A DNA stretch of 64,000 nucleotides from an uncultured Actinomycetes bacterium (GCA_963706745.1 CAVPMX010000004.1:35790-99789); one strand, 5' to 3'. Positions 11,700 to 21,710 are shown, numbered from the stretch's first letter. The notes: generated by a model not told the origin, from the letters alone. Numbers and translations are program-made.

Positions 11700-13103
11700 T
11701 CACGCCGACCCGCTCGGGACTCCTGCGATCGCCGCGCCGCGGGCGCCCGAGGCCGCCGGCCCACCCCAGGGGTATGCGTCGCCGTAAGCGCGCACGTGGC
11801 CGTCGCCCTGGAGGATCCAGTAGCCGCCGCCGGTGCGTGTGGGCACCATCCCTCGTGCCTTGGAAGGTGAGCAGAGGCCGATGTTCTTGACGGCCCCGTT
11901 CCACTTCGCGTCGCCGTATGGAAGCACGCGTCCGCTCGCGGTGAGAAGCCAGTACCCCTGAGCGGTCGGTGTCGGCACGATGGCCACGACCTTTCGACGT
12001 AGCTGGAGCCTCGCGGCTCCTCCGTAGCTGTGGGCATCGCCGAACGCGTACACGCGTCCACGCGTATCGGCGAGCCAGTAGCCCTTGCCGGTCGGAGTCG
12101 CGGCGATCGCGTTGACGGGAGAGGTGAGCACACGCTCGCCCGTGGACCCGTAGAACTTCGCGTCTCCGAACGAGAAGACGCCACCGTCGCTCCCCAGGAG
12201 CCAGTAGCCCTTCCCGCGAGCCGTCGCGGCCATCCCGACTATGGGCGCGTTGAGGCGCATGTCTCCGGTCGAGCCGCGGAACTTCGCGTCACCCAGAGAG
12301 AAGATCCCGCCGTCGCGCCCGAGGAGCCAGTAGCCGCCCGCGGTCGGCGTCGGAGTGAGGCCGATGATCGGTGCCGCGAGGCGTCTGCCGTTCATCCCAC
12401 CGAAGTGCCGAGTTCGACCGTAGGAGTACACCGCTCCGTCGGGGGACGCGACCCAGTATCCGGGGCCGGCCGACTTGCGAGGGCTGCTGCGCGGGTTCGT
12501 GTCGTAGTCGCAGCGCGGATCGGCCGAGAGGCCCTGCGCGAGCCTGAGGCTCGTCCACGGGTTGATCGGGTTGCCGTTCGGCCTCCGGATCTCGAAGTGC
12601 ACGTGTGGCGAGCTCGACTCCGCGTTCCCGCTGTCTCCCATGTACCCGACCAGCTGGCCGGCGGAGACCGCGGCACCCGCGTAGATGCCGGGCCCGAAGA
12701 TCCACTCGGGCGGGTTGAGCCCGTCGTCGGTGCCGGGAGTGTCGTTGTTCAGGTGGATGTAGAGGTACTCCCACCCGCTTGCGTCGCGAATAGCGACCAT
12801 GTTCCCCGAGAGGCCCGAGGCGTCGCTCCGGGTCCAGGCAACGGTCCCGTCTACGGTCGAGACGAGCCGGAGGAGCCTCGTCCCCATGAGGTCCTGGCCC
12901 TCGTGACTGCGCGTGCAGCCGTCTCGGCAGGCGCCGTAGGTGTCGGTGTAGCTGACTGACCCGTCGACCGGGAACGTGATGCGGCGGTATCGAGGGCCGT
13001 CGACCGGGTCGCCGGCGGCGACCGCCGGCGAGATGCCGGTGCCCGCGACGAGGCCGGCGACCAGCAGCATGGAGGCAAGAGCTGTGAGACGTCTGACGAA
13101 CAC
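11700..13103 (-). CDS. secreted M23-family metallopeptidase fused to six ~40-aa propeller-like repeats
   Basis: Signal peptide MFVRRLTALASMLLVAGLVAGTGISPAVAA. M23 motifs are HEGQDLMG and SSPHVHFEIR. The C-terminal half repeats GYWLL..DGGVFSFGDAKFYGS six times. Confidence 0.85.
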   Translation of the reverse strand: MFVRRLTALASMLLVAGLVAGTGISPAVAAGDPVDGPRYRRITFPVDGSVSYTDTYGACRDGCTRSHEGQDLMGTRLLRLVSTVDGTVAWTRSDASGLSGNMVAIRDASGWEYLYIHLNNDTPGTDDGLNPPEWIFGPGIYAGAAVSAGQLVGYMGDSGNAESSSPHVHFEIRRPNGNPINPWTSLRLAQGLSADPRCDYDTNPRSSPRKSAGPGYWVASPDGAVYSYGRTRHFGGMNGRRLAAPIIGLTPTPTAGGYWLLGRDGGIFSLGDAKFRGSTGDMRLNAPIVGMAATARGKGYWLLGSDGGVFSFGDAKFYGSTGERVLTSPVNAIAATPTGKGYWLADTRGRVYAFGDAHSYGGAARLQLRRKVVAIVPTPTAQGYWLLTASGRVLPYGDAKWNGAVKNIGLCSPSKARGMVPTRTGGGYWILQGDGHVRAYGDAYPWGGPAASGARGAAIAGVPSGSA

Positions 13104-13207
13104 ACCTGTCCCCGGGAACGGCGGCGGCTGGAAGCGGATCTGGTAATGGATCGGCAGCCGGGTGGGAGATCTTCAGCCGGAGAGGAGAGTGGGCCGCTGA
13201 ACAGGGC

Positions 13208-14260
13208 CTACGCGGGTGAGACCTGCACCTCTGTGGCCTTCACGGAGGCCCAGACCTCCAGGCCCGGGGCCAGCGCCAGGTCGGTGACCGCGGCGGGAGT
13301 GACCTCGGCCACCAGGTCTACCGGCCCCCTGAGCCGCACCCGAACGCGGTCGCCCTCGAGATCGAGGGCGTCGATGACCGTCGCCCACACGTTGCGCGCC
13401 GACACCTCCGGACGGCTGCGGTGCAGCGCGATCGCATGGGGGTGCACGATCGCGATCACGTCGCCGTAGCCGGAATCGGGAGCAGCGATCTCACCACCGG
13501 CGTCCAGGACGACGCGGTCGCCGGCGCCACGCCCGCGGAACAGGTTGAGACCGACGAGGTCGGCTACGTATCGCGTGCGCGGCCGTGTGCGGACGTCGTC
13601 GGGCGTGCCCTCCTGAACGACCCGGCCGTCCTCGACGACGACGATGCGCTCCGCCAGCGCGAGGGCCTCCACCGGGTCGTGAGTCACGAGCACGCGCACC
13701 CCGGCGAAGTCGGCTAGGGCGTTGCGCAGCTCGCGGCGAACCTCTACGCGCGCCGTGGCGTCGAGCGCCGCGAGCGGTTCGTCGAGCAGCAGGAGATGTG
13801 GTCCGACCGCGAGCGCGCGCACCAGCGCGACGCGCTGCGCCTGACCACCCGAGAGCGTCGACGGCAGCGACGATCCGAGCCCGCCGAGCCCTATGCGTTC
13901 CAGCCACCCCTCGGCCCTGCGACGGGCTTCGAGCCGCGAGACACCGCGGCACCGCATCCCGAACGCGACGTTGTCGGCAGCGTCGAGGTGCGGGAAGAGC
14001 CGCCCCTCCTGGAAGACGACTCCGATGGGTCGGTGCTCCGGCGCGACGAAGATCTTGCCTGCGGGATCGTCGAGGGTCACTCCGTCGACGCGTATGTGCC
14101 CGGCGTCCAAGGGCTGTAGTCCCGCGAGGCAGCGGAGCACGGTCGTCTTCCCGGCGCCGTTCGGCCCGACGATCACGACGAGCCCGCCGGGCTCCGCGTT
14201 CAGCGCGACGTCGAGGTCGAGGCGTCCGAGGCGGAGCTGCAGCGCTGCGTCGAGCGTCAT
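13208..14260 (-). CDS. modC: molybdate ABC transporter ATP-binding protein with C-terminal TOBE domain
   Basis: Walker A GPNGAGKT, signature LSGGQAQRVALVRA, and a TOBE-like tail. The start overlaps the modB stop by 4 nt. Confidence 0.9.
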   Translation of the reverse strand: MTLDAALQLRLGRLDLDVALNAEPGGLVVIVGPNGAGKTTVLRCLAGLQPLDAGHIRVDGVTLDDPAGKIFVAPEHRPIGVVFQEGRLFPHLDAADNVAFGMRCRGVSRLEARRRAEGWLERIGLGGLGSSLPSTLSGGQAQRVALVRALAVGPHLLLLDEPLAALDATARVEVRRELRNALADFAGVRVLVTHDPVEALALAERIVVVEDGRVVQEGTPDDVRTRPRTRYVADLVGLNLFRGRGAGDRVVLDAGGEIAAPDSGYGDVIAIVHPHAIALHRSRPEVSARNVWATVIDALDLEGDRVRVRLRGPVDLVAEVTPAAVTDLALAPGLEVWASVKATEVQVSPA

Positions 14261-15112
14261 GGTCCGACCGTGTCAGGGCCGGCGGCCGCTGCTCTCTTGT
14301 CGGCGCTGCCGAAGACGCCGTGCCTACCGGTCACCACGAGCACGGTGACCGAGACCGCTACGAGCAGCAGGCTGAGGGCGACGGCGGCGTCGCGATCCGT
14401 CTCGAGCGCGAGGAACACCTCGAGGGGCAGGGTCCGTGTCTCGCCCGGGAACGATCCCGCGAACGAGATCGTCGCTCCGAACTCGCCGAGTGCGCGTGCC
14501 CAGCAGAACGCCGCGCCGGCGACGAGCGACGGCATGATCGACGGGAGGGTGATGCGTCGCCACACGGTCCACTGAGAGGCACCCAGTGTCACAGCGGCCT
14601 CCTCCAGGCGACGATCGCCCTGGCGCAGCGCGCCCTCGACGGCGATGACCAGGAAGGGCATCGCGACGAATGTCTCGGCGACAATCGCTCCGGCCGTCGT
14701 GAACGGCAGTCGGACCCCGAACCACTGATCGAGGTACTGGCCGGCGAGCCCGCGTCGCCCGAGGGCGAGGAGGAGGACGACGCCGCCGACGATCGGTGGC
14801 AGCGCGATCGGCAGCAGCACGAGGCCGCGGCAGCAGCGACCTCCCGGGGAACTCGTGCCGGGCCAGGAGCCACGCGAGAGGGACGCCCAAGGCGATCGAG
14901 ACGGCGGTCGCCGCCAGGGAGCAGACGAGGGAGAGCCGCAGCGCGGTCAGGGCCGAAGAAGTGGTGACCAGGTCCGGCAGCGACGACCACGGTGCCCTGA
15001 CGAGGAGTGAGGCGAGCGGCAGGACGAAGAGCGTGCCCGCCCCGACGACCGCCACCAGGATCACGGGCAGCGGGGGTCGGTGGGCTCCCCGGCTGCGTGC
15101 GTTCGTTGTCAT
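14257..15112 (-). pseudogene. modB: molybdate ABC transporter permease, frame break near 14823-14833
   Basis: The N-terminal TM part (MTTNARSRG...LAWLLARHEFPGRSLL) is in the frame of ORF 14324..15916. The remainder (LLPIALPPIVGGVVLL...EAAVTLGAS..TVWRRITLP) is ORF 14257..14820. ATG 15112 overlaps the modA stop (ATGA). Confidence 0.8.
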
Positions 15113-15916
15113 GGCTTCAGGAAGCCCGCGTCGGCGAGGATCGAGCGGCCCGCGTCGGAGAGGAGGAACGCCACGAAGCCAGCGGCTCCGGCGCGGTTCC
15201 CGGAGCTCTCGACCACGGCGATGGGAAGCGACGTCGAGGCGTTCTGCGACGAGGAAATCACGACGCTGTCCACCGCGGTGCTGGCGGCCGTGTCTGTCGC
15301 GTACACGATCGCGGCGTCGGCCTCGCCGAGCTCGACCCTTCCCAGGGTTGCCTTCACGTTCTGCTCGCGCGAGGCGGGCGTCAGCCGTACTCCAGCCGCC
15401 GTCAGCGCCTCGTCGGCGAGGCGTCCGCAGGGCACAGCGGAGTCGCAGAGGACGACGACCAGCCCCGGGCGCGGCGAGGTCCGCGAGCCCGACGATGTCC
15501 TCCGGGTTGTCGCGCTCGACTGCGATTGCGAGCTGGTTGCGGGCGAAGACGCGAGGCTCGATCACATCTCCCGATTCCGTCAGCTGAAGCATGGTCACCT
15601 CGTCGGCCGTGGCGACGAGATCGGCGGGCGCGCCCTCTTGGACCTGCGCGACGATCGTCGGCGAGGCGGCGAACGACAGGCGCACTTCGATCTCGGGGTG
15701 ATCCCCCTCGAATGCGTCGGCGAGATCGGTGAGAGCCTCGGTGAGCGACGACGCTGCGAGGACGGTCAGCTCTCCGTCTGCAGCGCCGCCGCTCCCGCCG
15801 TCGCGGTTGTCGGAGCCACACGCCGCAGTCGTCACGAGCGCGGCCAGCATGATCGCGACCGGCAACGCCGAGCCGCGGAGCCGGGCGGGAAGTGGGCCCG
15901 TCCCGGTGTGGTTCAC
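15109..15916 (-). pseudogene. modA: molybdate-binding periplasmic lipoprotein, frame break at the CCCGGGG run (~15462-15469)
   Basis: The N-terminus (lipobox TAACGS; LTVLAASSLTEALTDLADAFE) is in the frame of ORF 14324..15916. The C-terminus (VPCGRLADEAL...ADAAIVYATD) is ORF 15109..15435. Reading ...LAAPG then LVVVLCDSAVPCGRL requires a 1-nt shift. Confidence 0.8.
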
Positions 15917-16323
15917 TCTGCGTCGCCGATCTCGGGCACCTCGATCACCACGCTCGTCGCCTTCACGGCGGCGACCGCCAGCACCCCTGGCTCGAGGTGC
16001 AGCTCGTCGGCGGCCTCGCGCGTCATGAGCGAGACGACCCTGTGCGGGCCGGCCTGGATCTCCACCTGAGCGGCGACGCCGTCCCTGACTACGCGCGTCA
16101 CGATGCCCGGGAAGCGGTTCCGGGCCGACCGCCCGACGATCGCTCCCGGCTCGGGCACAGGGGGGTGCTCGGCGGCCAGGGCGGCGAGGCCCGCGGCGTC
16201 GACGACCCGGTGCCCGCCGCTGGTCCGCCGGGAGGGCAGGCGCCCTTCGTCGGCCCAGCGTCGGACCGTGTCGGCGCTCACCCCCAGCAGCTCAGCTGCC
16301 TGACCGATCCGAAGCTCGCGCAT
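15913..16323 (-). CDS. MerR/excisionase-type HTH fused to a TOBE (molybdopterin-binding, Mop) domain; likely mod operon regulator
   Basis: IGQAAELLGVSADTVRRWADEGRL HTH, then SARNRFPGIVTRVVRDGVAAQVEIQAGPHRVVSLMTREA, which is TOBE-like. It lies immediately upstream of modA with a 4-nt overlap. Confidence 0.8.
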   Translation of the reverse strand: MRELRIGQAAELLGVSADTVRRWADEGRLPSRRTSGGHRVVDAAGLAALAAEHPPVPEPGAIVGRSARNRFPGIVTRVVRDGVAAQVEIQAGPHRVVSLMTREAADELHLEPGVLAVAAVKATSVVIEVPEIGDAE

Positions 16324-16508
16324 GCGAGGATCCTAGGCGAGAAACCTTGCACCAGGAGATTCGTGACGGCGATCGCAGTGGGGGTGGTTGGACTTCGCCG
16401 CGCGTTCGGGTAGTGTTTACTACCCGGCAGTAACTTGACTCGGCGAGTGTGGCGAGACCGCTTCTGCGTCCGGCGGTGGCGGCCCCCACACCGCATCAGG
16501 AGGCCCCG

Positions 16509-17732
16509 ATGTCGGACTTCTCGCTCGACCTCAACGACGATCAGCTCCAGATCCAGAAGTGGGTCCACGACTTCGCTGCCGACGTCATCCGCCCGGCGGC
16601 ACCCGAGTGGGACGAGCGTGAGGAGACCCCCTGGCCGATCATCGAGGAGGCCGCCAAGATCGGCCTCTACTCGATCGACTTCGTCTCGCAGGCGTTCGGC
16701 GATCCGACCGGCATCACCTTCGCAATGATCTCCGAGGAGCTCTGCTGGGGCGACGCCGGCATCACCCTCGCGCTCCTCGGCACGACCCTCGGTGTCACGG
16801 GGATCCTCGGCAGCGGTACGCCCGAGCAGATCGGGGAGTGGATCCCCCAGTGCTTCGGCACCGCCGACGACATCCACATGGCGGCCTTCGCGGTGAGCGA
16901 GGCCGACGCCGGCTCCGACGTATCGTCGCTGCGCACGCGAGCCGTCTACGACGAGGCGAAGGACGAGTGGGTCCTGAACGGCACCAAGTCGTGGATCACC
17001 AATGGCGGTATCACGCATGTGCCGACCGTCCACGTGATCGTCGCGTCCGTCGAGCCCGAGCTCAAGAGCCGCGGACACGCTTCGTTCGTCGTGCCGCCGG
17101 GAACACCCGGGCTCTCGATGGGGCAGAAGTACAAGAAGATGGGGATCCGCGCCAGCCACACTGCCGAGGTCGTCCTCGACGACGTGCGCGTGCCCGGTAG
17201 CTGCCTGCTCGGGGGCAAGGAGAAGCTCGACGGACGCATAGCACGGGCGCGCGAGGGCAAGAGCTCGCGCGTGCAGGCGGCGATGAGCACGTTCGAGGCG
17301 AGCCGTCCGCTGGTGGGTGCGCAGGCGCTCGGCATCGCCCGGGCCGCCTACGAGTACGCACTCGACTACGCGAAGGAGCGCCAGGCGTTCGGGCGGCCGA
17401 TCATCATGAACCAGGCGATCGCCTTCAAGCTCGCCGACATGAAGATGGCGATCGACGCGGCCCGCCTCCTCGTCTGGCGCGCGACCTGGATGGGGCGCAA
17501 CGGCAAGGAGTTCACTGCCGGCGAGGGCTCGATGAGCAAGCTCTACGCGGGTGAGGTGGCCGTCAAGGTGACCGAGGAAGCGATCCAGATCCTCGGCGGC
17601 GCCGGCTACGTGAAGGACCACCCGGTCGAGCAGTGGCACCGCGACTCGAAGATCTACACGATCTTCGAGGGCACCTCCGAGATCCAGCGCCTTGTGATCG
17701 CCCGCACCATCTCTGGCCTGCAGATTCCCTGA
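16509..17732 (+). CDS. acyl-CoA dehydrogenase (integration target; its last ~25 codons are supplied by the island-side repeat)
   Basis: AGGAGG lies upstream of ATG 16509. MSDFSLDLNDDQLQIQKWVHDFA...WITNGG...YTIFEGTSEIQRLVIARTISGLQIP. Confidence 0.93.
   Translation: MSDFSLDLNDDQLQIQKWVHDFAADVIRPAAPEWDEREETPWPIIEEAAKIGLYSIDFVSQAFGDPTGITFAMISEELCWGDAGITLALLGTTLGVTGILGSGTPEQIGEWIPQCFGTADDIHMAAFAVSEADAGSDVSSLRTRAVYDEAKDEWVLNGTKSWITNGGITHVPTVHVIVASVEPELKSRGHASFVVPPGTPGLSMGQKYKKMGIRASHTAEVVLDDVRVPGSCLLGGKEKLDGRIARAREGKSSRVQAAMSTFEASRPLVGAQALGIARAAYEYALDYAKERQAFGRPIIMNQAIAFKLADMKMAIDAARLLVWRATWMGRNGKEFTAGEGSMSKLYAGEVAVKVTEEAIQILGGAGYVKDHPVEQWHRDSKIYTIFEGTSEIQRLVIARTISGLQIP
17650..17728. repeat. attL-like direct repeat (3' end of the acyl-CoA dehydrogenase gene)
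   Basis: 75 bp (17654-17728) match 30376-30450 with one mismatch (CTT/CTG). The match extends to 79 bp with one further mismatch. Confidence 0.85.
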
Positions 17733-17822
17733 TTATTGGGGTTGGCCGGCGTCCGCCGAGTATCGCCAAATCCGGGCCTATCCCTACTGTATCCCTACTA
17801 GCCCGAGGCTACACTCACGAAC

Positions 17823-18933
17823 GTGGCAACGGTGCGTGAGAAGAAGCCAGGTGTCTGGGAAGTCCGCGTCTTCACGGGCAGGGACGCCACCGGACGCCCG
17901 ACACAGGTCAGCCGCACCGTGCGAGGCGGCAAGCGCGACGCCCTCCGCGTCGCCGCTCAGCTCGAGGCGAAGCCGCCGGCGGCTCCGGCCCGGCGGCTCG
18001 TCACTGACGCGCTGAACGCCTGGGTCGAAGCGAGCGACCCGACATGGGCGGTCTCGACCCGTCGCGATCAACGCAGCCGGGTCGCGCTGATTGCTTCCGA
18101 CTCGATCGCTCGCGTGCCGCTCGCGCGCATCAGTGTCGCCGATGTCGAGCGCTGGCATCTGCGCTTGCGCTCGTCGGGTATCGGCGAGGCAGCGATCGTG
18201 AATCGTCATTCGGTGCTTCGAGCGGCATTGGAGCTCGCGGTGCGCTGGGAATGGCTGTCGGTCAACGTCGCGGCGAAGGCGCGCCTGAAGCAGCGCAAGC
18301 AAGCTGGGCGCGAAGCGATGTCGGCAGAGGAGATGCGAGCGGTTCTCGACGCCGCCCACTCGATCGGGCCCGCCGCCGAGCTTGTGCTTCGACTTGCCGC
18401 AGTCACGGGCGCACGGCGAGCCGAGCTAGCGGCACTGCGCTGGGATGATCTCGAAGGCACGAGGCTCCGTATCGACAGTCAGGTCATTACCCAGCGATCC
18501 GACGATCATCTCGGCGCCCCCGAGTACACCGACGGCGAGACGAAGACGGCCAACCGCCGACTCGTGCACCTCGATGAGCAGACCATCGAGCTGTTCATCG
18601 CCGAGCGCGACCGTCGAGGCGAGTGCAGCCCGTACGTGTTCGGCGATGATGCGCTGCCTCCGTCGCCGGCGCGTGTCTCGGGGTGGTGGGAGCGATCACG
18701 CAAACTGTCGGGAGTCGCTCGATCCTGGCGGCTGCACGATCTTCGGCATTGGTCGGCCACGACCGCGATCAGCCATGGTCACGATGTCCGCACGGTCGCG
18801 GGCCGTCTCGGTCATGCGGATGCTGCGATGACGCTGCGCGTCTGACGCGCACGCGCTCGAGGCTCCCGATCGAGATGTCGCCGACGGCCTCGCCGACGCG
18901 CTCGACTACGCGATCAACGATCGCGGCCTGTAG
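17823..18933 (+). pseudogene. tyrosine recombinase/phage-type integrase, 1-nt insertion at the catalytic Tyr codon
   Basis: ORF 17823..18845 ends ...LRHWSATTAISHGHDVRTVAGRLGHADAAMTLRV then TGA. Deleting G18844 reads RV-Y-AHALEAPDRDVADGLADALDYAINDRGL to TAG 18931-18933, which restores the box II GHxxxxxTxxYxH. Confidence 0.85.
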
Positions 18934-18937
18934 TCGT

Positions 18938-21475
18938 TCAGAGGTCGATGCCGAGATCGATTCCGAGGTCGGGTTCCGGGCTCGGTGTTGGTGCGGCAGG
19001 CCGCCCGTAGTTGGTGGCGAGCTCTTGGGCGGTGCTGGTGGTGAGGTTGTGTTGGAGGTCGTCGATGGGGTCGGGCGTGTGGGTGTGGCCATGGTCGTGT
19101 TCGTTGTCGGGGGCGATGGTGTAGAGGCGGTTCTCTTGGCGTCCGCGTGATAGTGCGGTGTAGCCGGATTCGCGGTTGAGGCCGGTGGTGAGGATGTATG
19201 CGCGGTCGAGGGTCTGGCCTTGGGCTTTGTGGATGGTGGTGGCGTAGCCGTGTTGGACGTGTCCGGCGTCGATGTAGCGGGCGGGGAGAGTGAGAATCGA
19301 GCCGCCGTCGGTGAGTGCGATGATGCTCCGCTGGTCGGGGTCGACGCTGGTGATGGTGGCGGTGGTGCCGTTCGTGATGCCGAGGCGATGCTGGTTGCGG
19401 GTGCAGATGATCCGTTCACCGCTCTGGAATGGTTTCCCGCCGATGTGGAGGATGGCGCCGGTGAAGGTGTGTTCGTCGGCGAGGAGGCAGCGGGCGCGCC
19501 GGTTGAGGTCGTTGACGTCGTTGCGGCGGGTGGCGAGCATGAGGACTTGTTCGCCGTTGCGGTACGCGGCGACGTAGTCGCCGGCGAGCTGGGCGCGTAG
19601 GGCGCGTGCGGTTGGGGCGGTGGTGACGCGGTTGTGTGCGAGGTACGCGTCGAGGGAGCGTTTCACGGCTCCTGCGCGTAGTTGGGTGAGGGCGGCGCGT
19701 TCCCAGGGGTGGTGCTGTCGGCGGTTGTGGGTGAGGTGGATGCCGGCGAGCTGGTGGTCGAGTCCGCGGACGAGCCCTCCGGCGTCGATCTCGGAGAGCT
19801 GGCGGGTATCACCGGCGAGGACAACTTTCGCTCTGGCGGCCACAGCGGCGGTGATGAGTGGCGCGAGGGTCCGGGTGCCGGCCATTCCGGCTTCGTCGAT
19901 CACCAGGACACTGTTCGGCGGGAACGCCCATCCTTGCCGGAGCCGGGCGTGTAGTGACGCGATCGTGGTTGAGGGGATGGCGGTGTCGTGTTGGAGCTGT
20001 TGGGCGGTGCGGGCGGCGAGCGCACATCCGATGACCTGGTAGCCGGCGGTGTGCCAGGCGTCTCGGGCGGCACCGAGCGCGTAGGTCTTGCCTGATCCGG
20101 CGGGAGCGATCACGATCTCGATCCCACGGCCTCCACGGGTGAGGGCACGGACCATCTCGGCTTGTTCGCCGTTGAGGGACCGCCGGCGGATCGCTGTCTC
20201 GACGAGGCTCGGCCCGGCGATCGCGGCGCGGGCGGTCGCTTGATGTTCGGCGAGGTCGAGGATGTGCTGTTCGAGCTCCAGGAGCGCGCGGGTGGTGTAG
20301 CGAGAACCGAGCGCGGGGGCTCGCATGGGCCGCCGGTCATCTCGGCGCATCGCGGTGGTTGCGGTGGTGTTGAGCTCGACGATCTGGGGGTGGGTGAGGG
20401 TCCGGCCGGCGAGCCGTTCGAGCTGTTCGATCGTTGCGCCTTGTCGGGAGTGTTCACACCAGGCGCGTAGTACGTGGCGGCGATCGAACGTCGATGCGTT
20501 CGCGGTGAGCCCCGCGTCGGAGACGAGACCACCAATCGTTCGCTCTACCGTCTCTTCGGCGGGTGGTTCGGGTCTGGTCTGGTGGGTGAGCGCTCCGAGC
20601 GTGTCGGGGGTGATGTCGAAGTCGGCGGCGATGTCGGCCCAGTCTGCCCGTAGCTCTTCGAGGTCGAACGCGATCTTCGGGTCGCGGGTGTCGAGCGTCG
20701 CGTACTGGGCGGCGCGAGCGGAGTCGAGCCCGAGCGCATCGAGGCGTTCGAGGATCTGGGCGCGACGCTGCGAGAACGTCTCTATGCACTCCCGGCCGAT
20801 ACCGGCCAGATCGCCGATCCCATGGGTGATCGGTCCGAACTCGACACCGAGGCGGACGGTCAGCTCATGGCGTAGTACCGCCTCATAGAGGTAGCTGGCG
20901 GTGTTCCCAAACGCCCAGAAGCGGCGTGCGTCGGGAGCGAACCAGTGCCCGTCAGGGCCGCGTGTCAGATTCGCTACGAGGAGATGGGTGTGCAGGTGCG
21001 GGTCGCCCGCACGGCTGGTGCGATGCCGGAACCCCGCAGCGACGAACCCATCACCGGCCTGGACGTCGGTCCCGCCCGCACCGCGCCGGACCACACACGC
21101 GTTCACCTCAAGCCAGCCGAGCGCCCCGGCGACCGCCCGATCATGGGCGGCACGGACCGCCCGTGAGATGTCGGGTGTGGCGAGCGCATGGAGGATCGAG
21201 ACTGATTTCGGTGCGGAGAATGTGAGGTCGAACCCGGGTGTGCGGCCCTTGCGGGTCCGGGCCAGCCGGACACCACTCACCGGGTCGTCACCGTCGAGCA
21301 GCGCGCGCAGATCGTCGGCGTCGACCTCGCCGGTGAGACCTAGGGTCTCAGCGTCGCGGCCCGCCCAGACACCGGGCGCCTCTCCCGAGCCGAGGTAGTA
21401 GTCCTCCCGGCCCCCAGCGACTGCTTCCAGGTAGTACTCGGCCCCGCCGGTCGCGAGCGACGCGATCCCCAGCAC
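18938..21475 (-). CDS. MobF-family conjugative relaxase (TrwC/TraA-like) with C-terminal helicase domain
   Basis: N-terminal relaxase domain: GAEYYLE...GFDLTFSAPKSVS...GFRHRTSRAGDPHLHTHLLVAN. The helicase part has Walker A APAGSGKT and LVIDEAGM. GTG start chosen at 21475 (VLGIASLATGG), 7 nt after the upstream stop. Confidence 0.9.
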   Translation of the reverse strand: MLGIASLATGGAEYYLEAVAGGREDYYLGSGEAPGVWAGRDAETLGLTGEVDADDLRALLDGDDPVSGVRLARTRKGRTPGFDLTFSAPKSVSILHALATPDISRAVRAAHDRAVAGALGWLEVNACVVRRGAGGTDVQAGDGFVAAGFRHRTSRAGDPHLHTHLLVANLTRGPDGHWFAPDARRFWAFGNTASYLYEAVLRHELTVRLGVEFGPITHGIGDLAGIGRECIETFSQRRAQILERLDALGLDSARAAQYATLDTRDPKIAFDLEELRADWADIAADFDITPDTLGALTHQTRPEPPAEETVERTIGGLVSDAGLTANASTFDRRHVLRAWCEHSRQGATIEQLERLAGRTLTHPQIVELNTTATTAMRRDDRRPMRAPALGSRYTTRALLELEQHILDLAEHQATARAAIAGPSLVETAIRRRSLNGEQAEMVRALTRGGRGIEIVIAPAGSGKTYALGAARDAWHTAGYQVIGCALAARTAQQLQHDTAIPSTTIASLHARLRQGWAFPPNSVLVIDEAGMAGTRTLAPLITAAVAARAKVVLAGDTRQLSEIDAGGLVRGLDHQLAGIHLTHNRRQHHPWERAALTQLRAGAVKRSLDAYLAHNRVTTAPTARALRAQLAGDYVAAYRNGEQVLMLATRRNDVNDLNRRARCLLADEHTFTGAILHIGGKPFQSGERIICTRNQHRLGITNGTTATITSVDPDQRSIIALTDGGSILTLPARYIDAGHVQHGYATTIHKAQGQTLDRAYILTTGLNRESGYTALSRGRQENRLYTIAPDNEHDHGHTHTPDPIDDLQHNLTTSTAQELATNYGRPAAPTPSPEPDLGIDLGIDL

Positions 21476-21482
21476 CGCCGCC

Positions 21483-21710
21483 CTACCGGCCAGCGTTCGT
21501 GCCGGCAGCCACGATGTCGGCAGGCGCCACAGTGAGGAGCTCATCGAGGGCGTGTCGTGGGATCAGGACCCGCCGTCCGAGCCGCACCGAGGGCAGTACC
21601 CCGCGCGCCACGAGGTCGTAGGCGAGGGTGCGGCCAACCCCGAGGAGCTCCGCGGCCTCGGTCACGCTCACAGTCAGGCTGACAATCCGAGAATCATGCG
21701 TCGTACTCAT
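21483..21710 (-). CDS. excisionase-family helix-turn-helix DNA-binding protein
   Basis: LTVSVTEAAELLGVGRTLAYDLVARGVLPSVRLGRRVLIPRHALDELL. ATG at 21710. It is co-oriented with and directly upstream of the relaxase. Confidence 0.8.
   Translation of the reverse strand: MSTTHDSRIVSLTVSVTEAAELLGVGRTLAYDLVARGVLPSVRLGRRVLIPRHALDELLTVAPADIVAAGTNAGR

Noticed and set aside
13585-14967. 460-aa plus-strand ORF across modC/modB
   Set aside because: It is an Arg-rich antisense frame with no motifs. The opposite strand carries clear ABC transporter motifs.
17600-17830. Expectation of a tRNA or tmRNA gene at the island boundary
   Set aside because: I could not fold a cloverleaf-like sequence at either junction. 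The duplicated segment is clearly the coding 3' end of the acyl-CoA dehydrogenase gene.
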